Assembly (NCBI GenBank): GCA_037127955.1
Contig: JBAXXI010000001.1
Coordinates: 73,217-137,216 of the forward strand
Direction of reading: 5' to 3'
DNA length: 64,000 bases
From: Candidatus Berkelbacteria bacterium
Lineage (GTDB): Bacteria > Patescibacteriota > UBA1384 > UBA12157
Shown: positions 1 to 8,607 of the stretch, one piece after another
Numbering within the stretch: position 1 is the stretch's first letter
How the letters are laid out: each line of letters opens with the position of its first letter
Translations under genes and position numbers: made by a program
The notes under the pieces: generated by a model
Told to the model about the DNA's origin: nothing
Databases searched by the model: none
What the model saw: only the letters and a program-made list of their open reading frames with translations

Positions 1-1443
1 ATTAACTAAATCTTCAACTTGCTTAATTTGCTCCTCAGTCATTTTCTCTTGATAGGAAAAATCAAAACGCATGCGTTCATCTGTAATATTTGAACCTTTT
101 TGATGCACCCCTTCACCCAAAACCTGTCGAAGTGAAGCAAGTAATAAATGTGTCGCGGTGTGATATTTCGTCGTTTGCTCTGATTCACCTACCAAACCAC
201 CCTTAAACATACCGGCTGAAGCCGTTCTAGATAATTCCTGATGCCCCTTAAAGAGTTCATTATACTCCGACACCGCTGTCGGCAAAACCTGAATTCTATG
301 ATTTTTGGCCTCTTCCAAACTAACTTCTAACGGTAGACCAAAAGATTGATAAAGATCAAACAAATCTTTTCCAGTTAAATTATTTTTACTTGTCAGAAGC
401 TTTAAACCACCAGCCAGAGTCACTCGAAAACGTGATTCTTCTTTTTCTAATTCAGATAGAACATTAGTTATACCAAATTCATAAACGCCACTATAGGTTG
501 AAAAAATTGTCTGGGCAATTTCTTTTAAAACATTCTCTTTTACACCTAAACTGTTTAATTTAACGATAGCGCGACGAATCAAACGCCGTACAATATAACC
601 TTGATCTTTATTATTTGGCACCACGCCTTCGTTAATTAAAAAAACCGCGGCTCGCATATGATCAGCCACAACTCTAAAATCAGCCCCATGAAACGGATGA
701 AAAGCACCTGCAATATTTTTAATTTTATCTATAATAGGTTTCAAAATATCGATTTCATAAACGTTATCAAAACCATTCAAACTCATCAGGAGTCGCTCGA
801 ATCCCATACCTGTATCAACACCTTTACTCTCGGCTGGTTCGTATTGTCCGGCTCGATAAATATATTCGTTAAAAACCAAATTCCAAACCTCAACTCTATC
901 AATATAAAATTCGACAGTTGGGCCACCAGGAGAATTTTCGGTTCCTAATGACCAAAAATTATCATCGAAACCTTGTGGTTTAATTTCTTTTAAGCCACTG
1001 ATTGATTTTAAAATCTCCAGAGACTCTGTATCAGTTGGAATATTTTTTTCACTAACAAAATAAGTCGCATGAATTCTATTTTTATTCACACCCAAAACTT
1101 CGGTCAAAAACTGCCAAGCAAACTTAATGGCCTCGGCCTTAAAATACGAACCTTCTTTAGACGGATAACCAAAACTAAAATTACCCAACATTTCAAAAAA
1201 AGTATTATGCGTGTCATCGCCAACTTCTTCAATATCACCAGTACGGATACATTTTTGATAAGTTGTAATACGGGCCGATGGCGCTTCGGTCGGATTGGTG
1301 TAAAACTTTTTAAATTGTTGCATCCCAGCGGTATTAAAAAGCACTGACTGATCACCTTCTGGCACAAGAGAAGCCGAAGGCATAACCAAATGATCATTGT
1401 CTTTAAAAAAATCTAAAAATTTTACCCTAAGTTCTTTACTTGT
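1..1443 (-). CDS. alaS: alanine--tRNA ligase, N-terminal portion (gene continues beyond window start)
   Basis: Reverse-complement from ATG at 1441-1443 translates MTSKELRVKFLDFFKDNDHLVMPSASLVPEGDQSVLFNTAGMQQFK...HNTFFEMLGNFSFG, the class-II AlaRS N-terminal signature. Absent from the ORF track because the window edge truncates it. Confidence 0.85.
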
Positions 1444-2072
1444 CATCTTTTTCCTGTAATTAAATCGCTAGCAAAATTTTGGAAATTACCTATCCCCTGA
1501 TAGAAAGCATTTGGCTTTTGCACTTCTGGATTAGCCCACCATTTGCCATAAATTTTATCGTACATTTCTTTAGTATTTTTAATCTTCTGGACAAAATAAA
1601 CAGTTTCGGTCGGCAAACCGCGACCACGATCACGCCAATCGTCGGCTCTGGCTCGACCAGCATTATAACCAGCCGCTACCATTGAAACATCTCCATTGTA
1701 CTGCTCGTACAAACCTTTGATATACCATGTGCCATAACGAATATTAGTATCAGGATCAAAAAGCTTACTTGATGAATAATTATTATCACCAATTTCCTGA
1801 GCAATTCCAGCTGCTGTTGCCGGCATGATCTGCATTAAACCACGCGCGCCGACACCAGAGGTCGAATCTTTATTAAAATGACTTTCGGTATAAATAAAAG
1901 CGCAAACTAGATTCGGATCAACATTATCTTCGAGTGCATATTTTTTAATCGAATCTTGATAATCAAGCGGATACAGTATTTCACCCCAAACATGAGGATA
2001 AAAATAATAAAATCCTAGAAAAAATCCCACCATGAGTACAGTTACAATTATAAATTGAACGGTCTTTTTCAT
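1443..2072 (-). CDS. lytic transglycosylase (SLT domain), membrane-anchored
   Basis: N-terminal TM helix. Motif ESHFNKDSTSGVGARGLMQIMPATA matches the SLT catalytic core (E-S...GLMQ). Stop TGA overlaps the alaS ATG (ATGA). Confidence 0.75.
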   Translation of the reverse strand: MKKTVQFIIVTVLMVGFFLGFYYFYPHVWGEILYPLDYQDSIKKYALEDNVDPNLVCAFIYTESHFNKDSTSGVGARGLMQIMPATAAGIAQEIGDNNYSSSKLFDPDTNIRYGTWYIKGLYEQYNGDVSMVAAGYNAGRARADDWRDRGRGLPTETVYFVQKIKNTKEMYDKIYGKWWANPEVQKPNAFYQGIGNFQNFASDLITGKR

Positions 2073-2107
2073 TTAACCCTCCCCATCCTTAATCAAAACC
2101 TTGAATG

Positions 2108-2191
2108 TGCCCGGAGCGAGAATCGAACTCGCACGAGATTTAACCTCAATGGATTTTAAGTCCATCGTGTCTACCGTTCCACCACCCGGGC
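2108..2191 (-). tRNA. tRNA-Leu (anticodon UAA), long variable arm, CCA not encoded
   Basis: Cloverleaf read on minus strand: acceptor GCCCGGG/CCGGGC, anticodon stem ATGGA/TCCAT, loop CTTAAAA. Confidence 0.8.
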
Positions 2192-2242
2192 GTAATAGTT
2201 TATAAATTAATATTTAGGATTAATTTAATTATACCTTAAAAC

Positions 2243-3226
2243 TTATTTTAATACAATCCTCCAAGAGTCATTAAGTATTTCTAAACGACCATCAATCGTA
2301 AAACCAGCCGCTTTTTTATGTCCACCGCCACCAAAAACCGCCGCAATTTTCGAAACATCCACGCGATCACTTTCAGTTCGGACTGATGCCTTAATTTTAT
2401 TATCGCTAGTTTCGTGAAAAAGAATAGCTGCTTTTGAGTCTGGCACAGTATTAATCAAATTAACCACTCCGGCCAAATCATCATCACAAGCGTTGCACAA
2501 AACCAAATCTTCCCTGGTAATAACTGATGAAACAATACCTAAATTATTATTTCGATGCATTCTTTTCAAAGCTAAACCCCAAAGCTTCATGGCCGGCACA
2601 GTTTTGTTTAAACTAATATTTTGTGTGATTAATTTAATTTTGCCACCGTTTTTCAAAAGTTCACCAGCGATTTCTAAAGTTTGCTTTGACGTATTCGAAT
2701 GCTTAAAACCACCCGTATCAGTATAAATTCCAGTCAAAAGCGCGGTCGCCATATTTTTATCAAATTCAACATTCATCCTCACACAAAGTTCGTAAACAAT
2801 TTCAGAAGTACTTGAAACAGATTGATCAACCACATTGATATTAGCGATTTTATGCAAATCATTTTTCGGATGATGATCAATATTAATCAAAGTTTTTTTC
2901 TGAGTTAAAGCAAACTTTTTTAATCTCTCGGCAAAACCAGTTCGCTTAATATCGCCACAATCAATCACGGTAATTACGTCGTAATCGCCGAAAAGTAAGT
3001 CATGCTTAATTTCATTAACTTCAGGTAAAAACAAAAACGGTTTCGGAATTTGATCTTTGCAAACCATGGCCGGTGATTTACCCATTTTTTTTAATATGGT
3101 ATAAATTACCGTAGCCGCAGCCAAAGTATCGCCATCCGGATTTTCATGTATAATCAATAGAATTTTATCAGCATTGATAAATCTAGCGATCGCTTTATTA
3201 ATTGGGATTTTATTTGTGTTCTGCAT
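2243..3226 (-). CDS. DHH/DHHA1 phosphoesterase (NrnA-like oligoribonuclease/pAp phosphatase)
   Basis: Motifs HENPDGDT, DHH (IDHHP) and GGGGH near the C-terminus. Start probably MQNTNKIP at 3226 rather than the ORF-track start at 3340, which would overlap the upstream ORF. Confidence 0.7.
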   Translation of the reverse strand: MQNTNKIPINKAIARFINADKILLIIHENPDGDTLAAATVIYTILKKMGKSPAMVCKDQIPKPFLFLPEVNEIKHDLLFGDYDVITVIDCGDIKRTGFAERLKKFALTQKKTLINIDHHPKNDLHKIANINVVDQSVSSTSEIVYELCVRMNVEFDKNMATALLTGIYTDTGGFKHSNTSKQTLEIAGELLKNGGKIKLITQNISLNKTVPAMKLWGLALKRMHRNNNLGIVSSVITREDLVLCNACDDDLAGVVNLINTVPDSKAAILFHETSDNKIKASVRTESDRVDVSKIAAVFGGGGHKKAAGFTIDGRLEILNDSWRIVLK

Positions 3227-3689
3227 TGAGGGTGACGATCCTTCGACCATCAACCGGAAGATCAGCTTTGGTAATTTTGAGATCAGCTTCAGCTTCGGTC
3301 GATCCCCCTTCCTCTTTAATAAATTCTTCGATATTTCCACTATACATCGGAATAATCACCGATGGATCAATTTGATTAATCACGGCTAAAGCGGTTTTGG
3401 TTTCGGTAAAATCACCACCACCAACACCAATTAACAGGATATCAATACCATTAAGTTTCTCTAATTCTTCGTCAGTAAAAACTTTGCCTTTTTGAATATG
3501 ACCAATATTTAAAGTTTCAAGATAGACTTGTTTGACTCCATCGATCCAATCGAGCTGGACGCCGCCAACTTCGTATTCCCCTGGCTCATCGATTTCTAAG
3601 TCACCAAGTTTGCATTTATCCGCCAAAACCACATTCATACCCTTGGTTTTAAGCGTAAAATCTTTTCCACCTTGCCAAGTAATAATCAT
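3210..3689 (-). CDS. hypothetical protein (159 aa)
   Basis: Intact ORF, MIITWQGGKDF..., with no recognisable catalytic motif. Confidence 0.4.
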   Translation of the reverse strand: MIITWQGGKDFTLKTKGMNVVLADKCKLGDLEIDEPGEYEVGGVQLDWIDGVKQVYLETLNIGHIQKGKVFTDEELEKLNGIDILLIGVGGGDFTETKTALAVINQIDPSVIIPMYSGNIEEFIKEEGGSTEAEADLKITKADLPVDGRRIVTLNAEHK

Positions 3690-3711
3690 TTTTCATCCTT
3701 CCTTATTAATT

Positions 3712-3739
3712 GTATCGGCTCATTGGGATGAGCCGATAC
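3712..3739 (-). terminator. perfect 11-bp stem hairpin (GTATCGGCTCA/TGAGCCGATAC) between rpsA stop and upstream gene; no clear U-tract
   Basis: Seen directly in sequence. Possible terminator or regulatory hairpin. Confidence 0.3.
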
Positions 3740-3757
3740 ATATTACTATCATTTTGG

Positions 3758-4921
3758 CTATTTTTTCTTGGCTTTAGCCTTGGTTTTAGTGGCCTTTTTT
3801 TCAGATTTTTCTTCTGATTCATTTTCGGCTTCAGCCACCACCGCTTTTTTCTCTGATTTTCCGTTAGGATTATTCATCGACAAATTTAATTTGTGTAATT
3901 CTGGCTCAATTGAAACGATATAAAAATCGTATTCTGAACCGACTTCAACCACTTTGGAAGCGTCTTTTTCACCCATTTCAGAAATATGAACTAAACCGTC
4001 TAAACCATCGAAACTAACAAAAGCACCAAACGGAGTGATACGGGTAATTTTACCCTTAACTTTGTCGCCGTTTTTATATTTGGTCACACTACCAACCCAA
4101 GGATCTTCAATCAAACGCTTAATTGAAAGTGACAAACGATTATTTTCAGTTGAAATAACCTGAACTTTAACCTTTTGACCAACCTTAAACATATCTCTTA
4201 AGTTTTCAACATGTTCCCAAGCGACTTCAGAAATATGGACCAAACCTTCAACTTCACCCATATTGATAAACAAACCAAAATCAACGATACCGGTAATTTC
4301 ACCGTCTAAAATATCGCCGATTTGATAATTTCGAATTTTTTCTTGTTGCACGACATCGCCAGCGGCTTTTTCTGAGAAAATCAATTTGCCAGCATTTGGC
4401 TCAAAAGAAATGATTTTAACCTGGAAAGTCTGATTGAGTAATTGGCGAAGTTTGCCCAAAATCTCTTCTTTATCACCTGAAGAAACTTTCGGGTAATGTG
4501 AAGAAGCCAATTGTGAAACTGGCAAAAAGCCTTCGTATTCACCAAAAGCACAGAGCAAACCACCGCGGTTAGCTTCGTGACACTTAACTGGCAAAACGCC
4601 ACCAGAAGTAAACTTTTCTTCCAAAATTTTGGTAACTCGTTCTTTATCGGCTCGTTTAAGCGACAAAATACAGTAACCATCAGCATTTTCTAAAACTAAA
4701 ACATAAGCCAGGATTTTATCACCAGGTTTCATCGAAGCCATTTCTGGCGACATTTCTTTTTCTGGAATATAACCCAAGCAAAAACCAGCCACGTCAACTA
4801 AAACGCGAGTTTTACTGATTTCCATTACTTTAACTTCGACTACGTCTCCTTGTTTAAACGGAACTAATTTGTTAGCGTAGTCAGCCACCAAATCTTTCAT
4901 TGATTGCGGTTCTTTTGACAT
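3758..4921 (-). CDS. rpsA: 30S ribosomal protein S1 (short form, four S1 domains, Lys-rich C-terminal tail)
   Basis: Repeated S1-domain pattern (GxV.G.V..I...G.FV) and a KKATKTKAKAKKK tail. Confidence 0.7.
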   Translation of the reverse strand: MSKEPQSMKDLVADYANKLVPFKQGDVVEVKVMEISKTRVLVDVAGFCLGYIPEKEMSPEMASMKPGDKILAYVLVLENADGYCILSLKRADKERVTKILEEKFTSGGVLPVKCHEANRGGLLCAFGEYEGFLPVSQLASSHYPKVSSGDKEEILGKLRQLLNQTFQVKIISFEPNAGKLIFSEKAAGDVVQQEKIRNYQIGDILDGEITGIVDFGLFINMGEVEGLVHISEVAWEHVENLRDMFKVGQKVKVQVISTENNRLSLSIKRLIEDPWVGSVTKYKNGDKVKGKITRITPFGAFVSFDGLDGLVHISEMGEKDASKVVEVGSEYDFYIVSIEPELHKLNLSMNNPNGKSEKKAVVAEAENESEEKSEKKATKTKAKAKKK

Positions 4922-4987
4922 ATAATTATGTCTTTCTAGATATCTTGCGCGGCAAGGACTTAAATATTTTTGCTTCTTAATGTTAAA

Positions 4988-5410
4988 TTATTTCTTTTTC
5001 GCCTTTGGCAAATATTTTTCAAATCTTTCTCTTTCCCGTTTCTTTTTGATTTCCATTGGCACAACTTTTAAGCGGTAAATTATGATATCAATTAACCAAT
5101 AAAGACTAAAAACAAACAGTAAATACAAACCAAAACGGCTACCTAAATAAGCCACATTCTGCCAGCGAAAAACAATCAAAATCAGACCAATCGAACAAAT
5201 AGTGTAAAGCAAATACATGATTTTTGCGTAGAATTTTCTGTATTCTTTCTGAATTAAATCGATAGTGAAGCTTAAAATCAAAGCCAAAATAAAACCAAAA
5301 CCGAATACAACTGCCAAATATAAATATTCACCCTGAGGATTAGGCTTAATTTCAAAAATCCAGTTTGTATCAACTAATTTTTTAAAATCGACAGGTGATA
5401 ATAAATTCAT
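4988..5410 (-). CDS. hypothetical membrane protein (about 4 TM helices)
   Basis: Hydrophobic segments and a basic C-terminus. Confidence 0.45.
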   Translation of the reverse strand: MNLLSPVDFKKLVDTNWIFEIKPNPQGEYLYLAVVFGFGFILALILSFTIDLIQKEYRKFYAKIMYLLYTICSIGLILIVFRWQNVAYLGSRFGLYLLFVFSLYWLIDIIIYRLKVVPMEIKKKRERERFEKYLPKAKKK

Positions 5411-5491
5411 GTTTTCCCACTATAAATTTTCACTATCGGCCTTGACCGTAGTGCTTTTTTGGCTGCGCCGACCGTAGCCTTGTGCGAAGGT

Positions 5492-5566
<75 letters not shown>

Positions 5567-5669
5567 TTAAAAAATTTGTCAGATGCTGTGCTCTAAAATA
5601 TTAACGAATATTTGGATATATGATGTTCCTAGCGAGGAACATCTGTCAAACCACTGAGCTAACCAGGCA
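5567..5669 (-). pseudogene. truncated tRNA-Phe-like 5' fragment carrying a roughly 54-nt D-loop insertion with a 9-bp hairpin, immediately 5' of the intact tRNA-Phe
   Basis: Minus strand GCCTGGTTAGCTCAGTGGT-[TTGACAGATGTTCCTCGCTAGGAACATC...]-AGAGCACAGCATCTGACAAA. It matches tRNA-Phe positions 1-19 and 20-38, then stops in the anticodon loop. No 3' half is present. Confidence 0.6.
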
Positions 5670-5702
5670 AAATTACCAATATCCACATTTAACCTTATAT
5701 TC

Positions 5703-5728
5703 AAACGCCTCAGTCCATTGAGGCGTTT
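5703..5728. terminator. hairpin AAACGCCTCAgtccatTGAGGCGTTT
   Basis: Inverted repeat between tRNA region and PAP2 gene stop. Confidence 0.4.
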
Positions 5729-5860
5729 ACCTAAATACCAGACAAACCAGTATTTCCAAGTAAACTTTTTACTATAATATAGGACTCAACATGAAACTTA
5801 AATTGTATTAGGAGACTGATATTTACTACACAATTATTATATCAGATCAGAAGCATTTAA

Positions 5861-6391
5861 TCAAGTAAATATTCGCTCAAATACAATAATGGCCAAATAC
5901 GCATAACCTAGACCAAAAAATACACCAGAAATCACATCTAAAAGATAATGCATACCGTTATGAAGCCTGGACAGACCTAGTAAAATCAAAAAAACGACTG
6001 AAATGGGCCAAGTTTGCGGGTAATAATAAAAGAGTACAATTAAAGCCGCGCTGATACTACTCATATGGCCAGAGGGAAAAGTCGAATCATTATGGCGCGC
6101 GCCAATAGTTTTAATTTTTTCGTTCACCACGAACGGTCGAGGTTTGAAAAAAACTTTTCGCAAAACTCGTTTAATCAAAAAATCATTAATTAAAAAATGG
6201 ATTATGACGGCCAAAACCATGGTTAAACAAATTGACCAACCAATGATCGGTTCGCGCATGATGATCAAAATATTAATTGTCAGAAAAATCGAAACCAAAA
6301 AAACACTTGAACTGATAATTAAAGATAATTTATCAATCCATGTATTTTGCCCAAACTTATTCATTTTTTCGACGAGTTCAATTTGCGACAA
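5861..6391 (-). CDS. PAP2-family phosphatase (undecaprenyl-diphosphatase / phosphatidate phosphatase type)
   Basis: Three PAP2 motifs: KxxLRKVFFKPRP, PSGH, SRLHNGMHYLLD. Multiple TM helices. Confidence 0.75.
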   Translation of the reverse strand: MSQIELVEKMNKFGQNTWIDKLSLIISSSVFLVSIFLTINILIIMREPIIGWSICLTMVLAVIIHFLINDFLIKRVLRKVFFKPRPFVVNEKIKTIGARHNDSTFPSGHMSSISAALIVLFYYYPQTWPISVVFLILLGLSRLHNGMHYLLDVISGVFFGLGYAYLAIIVFERIFT

Positions 6392-6395
6392 TTAT

Positions 6396-7529
6396 TTACT
6401 CCTGATTTCCTGCTTGCGCCGCCGCTTTTTCGGCTCTGATTTTTGACCATGGTAAATCCGCTTCTTCAGCCGCTTTTGCATCGGCTTCGGTGAATTCAAA
6501 TGACATATCTACCAAACAAATTGTCGTATTTGTTTTTACAACTTCTTCAGGATCAATATTAAACAATTTGTGAGCTCTGTCACAATATTTATTGAAATAC
6601 TCGTTATCTTCCCGAGTTGGAGCTAAGTTATCAATCTCCACAAAGCGAAATCTTGAATCTCCATTTTCAAATTGATTTACAAGATAAGCGATCCGTTGCG
6701 ACATAATAACAGACATTTGAACCATAGTTCGAACCATATCTCTAGATACTTTTTCTAGATTGCAGACTTCTGGAAATGTATTTTCTTTATTGATTAGAAC
6801 ACCGAATTGATCATGCTTTGAGTAATTTTGAATATCTGTAAATAAATCATAGGATTTCAAGACATCAATAAATCTATATTGAAGGGCATTAACCTGTCTG
6901 GTATTAGTACTTACAAATTTATATGCATTTCGTAATGACACCTCTTCGGATGCTGTCATCAGGGTTAGGTCATCCGCATTAGCTGGAACGTCCCCATTCC
7001 ATTGACTCTGGAGAATTAATTGGTCATATTCATTTGCATGGCAGCCTTGCGAAATAAGATCGGCACCAAAATGTGGATATTTCTTCGAGTAAAGCCTTGG
7101 TCGTCCAGCAATCTGTTTCCATTTTTTGCTACCCTGTTCAACCCAAGATCGTATTTCTTCAAAGTCATCAATAGTATCAATTTTACCTTGAACAGGTACA
7201 AAAGCGATTAGAGGATCAGTTTCATTCACTTTTCTATATTCATTAATTTCTTTTCGTATCGCATCAGCCAAGTCTCTGGCTAAAAGTAATAATTTCTGGT
7301 CATTTTCAATAGTAAACTCTGTTTCAGGATCAATGCCAATCTCTACCGCAAAATCACGAATTTGCTTGTCTATTTTCAGTGCTTCTTGTTCGATCGCATC
7401 CAGCTTTTCCTGATCTTCAGGTGAAAAAATGATTTCATTCTTTTTATCAATTTCTTCTGCGCCATCGTCAGCATTTGGTGCGTAATTGATACCTGTTTCA
7501 GCAAAATTTTCACCATTAAATTTGTTCAT
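6396..7529 (-). CDS. hypothetical acidic protein (377 aa)
   Basis: Long intact ORF, hydrophilic, with no recognisable domain. Confidence 0.5.
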   Translation of the reverse strand: MNKFNGENFAETGINYAPNADDGAEEIDKKNEIIFSPEDQEKLDAIEQEALKIDKQIRDFAVEIGIDPETEFTIENDQKLLLLARDLADAIRKEINEYRKVNETDPLIAFVPVQGKIDTIDDFEEIRSWVEQGSKKWKQIAGRPRLYSKKYPHFGADLISQGCHANEYDQLILQSQWNGDVPANADDLTLMTASEEVSLRNAYKFVSTNTRQVNALQYRFIDVLKSYDLFTDIQNYSKHDQFGVLINKENTFPEVCNLEKVSRDMVRTMVQMSVIMSQRIAYLVNQFENGDSRFRFVEIDNLAPTREDNEYFNKYCDRAHKLFNIDPEEVVKTNTTICLVDMSFEFTEADAKAAEEADLPWSKIRAEKAAAQAGNQE

Positions 7530-7582
7530 TTTTAGCCTTGGTTTTTTTAATTGATTACTTAAATAGTAACTGATTTATGACA

Positions 7583-7612
7583 AAATAAAAAGACTAGCAT
7601 GAAACTAATCTT
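7583..7612 (-). terminator. rho-independent terminator after the tRNA-Leu/tRNA-Val pair
   Basis: Minus strand AGATTAGtttcatgCTAGTCT followed by TTTTTATTTT. Confidence 0.55.
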
Positions 7613-7617
7613 TTTAT

Positions 7618-7692
7618 TGGTGGGCGGTAGAGGATTCGAACCTCTGACCCTCTCGATGTAAACGAGATGCTCTACCGCTGAGCCAACCGCCC
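7618..7692 (-). tRNA. tRNA-Val (UAC), CCA encoded
   Basis: Minus strand GGGCGGTTGGCTCAGCGGTAGAGCATCTCGTTTACATCGAGAGGGTCAGAGGTTCGAATCCTCTACCGCCCACCA. Confidence 0.85.
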
Positions 7693-7727
7693 AAAAAATA
7701 TTTAAACCAACCTTATTGAAAATAAAA

Positions 7728-7814
7728 TGGTGCCGGAAGCGGGACTCGAACCCGCAAGCTTTTAACGGCGCTACCACCTCAAGGTAGTGGGTTTACCAAT
7801 TTCCCCATCCCGGC
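7728..7814 (-). tRNA. tRNA-Leu (GAG), long variable arm, CCA encoded
   Basis: Anticodon stem CTACC/GGTAG with loop TTGAGGT. T-arm GGGTTCGAGTCCC. Confidence 0.85.
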
Positions 7815-8444
7815 TTGCTTTTTATTTTCTTCTTTTAAGGCTTTGTCAATTTTTTCTTTTTTTCGACTTAAGTGAATACAATTTTTATCTTGGTACATTT
7901 TTTCAATTATCACTTTGCTAGCAACTTTGGCAAATGTTAGCTTGTAGCAACCCTTAACTTGTCTAATTTTACCCTCACACCCAGTGAGTTTTAATATTCT
8001 ATCTTTAAGCCAGTCGATGTGTTTTATACTAGCCGACAGAAACTGCAAGTAAATCATAAAACTACTTTTCCAACGCGGATCCCAGTAAGAATAAGTCGAA
8101 CCGTCGCCGTCAAAATGGCCGCGTAAAAAATCAAAAAAGTATTTATCTGGCACTTTTATTTCGGCAATGATTTTTGTCTTATTTGGCATTAAACCGATTT
8201 CGATTAGCCATCTATAAAATTTGACATGACTAAATTGAAGTCTGGGAAATTTTTTACCATCGTAACCGCCAGTTTTCCAAGTAATTTTAATATTTGTATT
8301 CAAACACTTATTAAAATTTTCCAATTGATCAATATCGTTTGAGGTCAAATCCAAGTGACGAGCATCTTTCGACAAACTTCCATCTGTCACCATTAAACCG
8401 ACAGCATAAGCTAAATTTGGTGACCATTCAAACTCATTCATCAA
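7779..8444 (-). CDS. free-standing LAGLIDADG homing endonuclease (double-motif)
   Basis: Motif 1 LAYAVGLMVTDGSLS and motif 2 FDFLRGHFDGDGS. The 3' end of the ORF (last about 12 codons) overlaps the 5' end of tRNA-Leu(GAG). Confidence 0.8.
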   Translation of the reverse strand: MMNEFEWSPNLAYAVGLMVTDGSLSKDARHLDLTSNDIDQLENFNKCLNTNIKITWKTGGYDGKKFPRLQFSHVKFYRWLIEIGLMPNKTKIIAEIKVPDKYFFDFLRGHFDGDGSTYSYWDPRWKSSFMIYLQFLSASIKHIDWLKDRILKLTGCEGKIRQVKGCYKLTFAKVASKVIIEKMYQDKNCIHLSRKKEKIDKALKEENKKQAGMGKLVNPLP

Positions 8445-8570
8445 AACCTCAAAGTTAATGTGTATACCATTATTATATCACTATAAATCTCGATTGTTAA
8501 ATTTGCTACTCTCCTTGCATATTACTTATTTATCATACCTTAAAAAACCTTAATAATCAACAGGCTGAAT

Positions 8571-8599
8571 TTAAAAATCCCCCTGAAAATCAGAGGGAT
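8571..8599 (-). terminator. rho-independent terminator downstream of purF
   Basis: Minus strand ATCCCTCTGAttttCAGGGGGAT followed by a T-run. Confidence 0.55.
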
Positions 8600-8607
8600 A
8601 ATAGAAA

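Noticed and set aside
658-1397. Short ORFs 658-948, 1069-1347 and 1104-1397
   Set aside because: They lie inside the alaS coding region in other frames or on the opposite strand.
3174-3777. Small plus-strand ORFs overlapping minus-strand genes (3174-3389, 3532-3777, 2493-2726, 4381-4686 and others)
   Set aside because: They sit inside well-supported opposite-strand or other-frame CDSs. They have low complexity and no RBS.
5567-5669. Intron-containing or split tRNA-Phe (insertion in the D-loop)
   Set aside because: After the insertion the copy runs only to the anticodon loop and then meets the intact tRNA-Phe. There is no 3' stem, T-arm or acceptor 3' strand, and no group I intron features. 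It is treated as a pseudogene-like fragment.
7559-7777. ORF-track ORFs at 7559-7777, 13326-13568, 16356-16661 and 53773-53991
   Set aside because: Each lies entirely over tRNA genes and their promoters and has no coding support.
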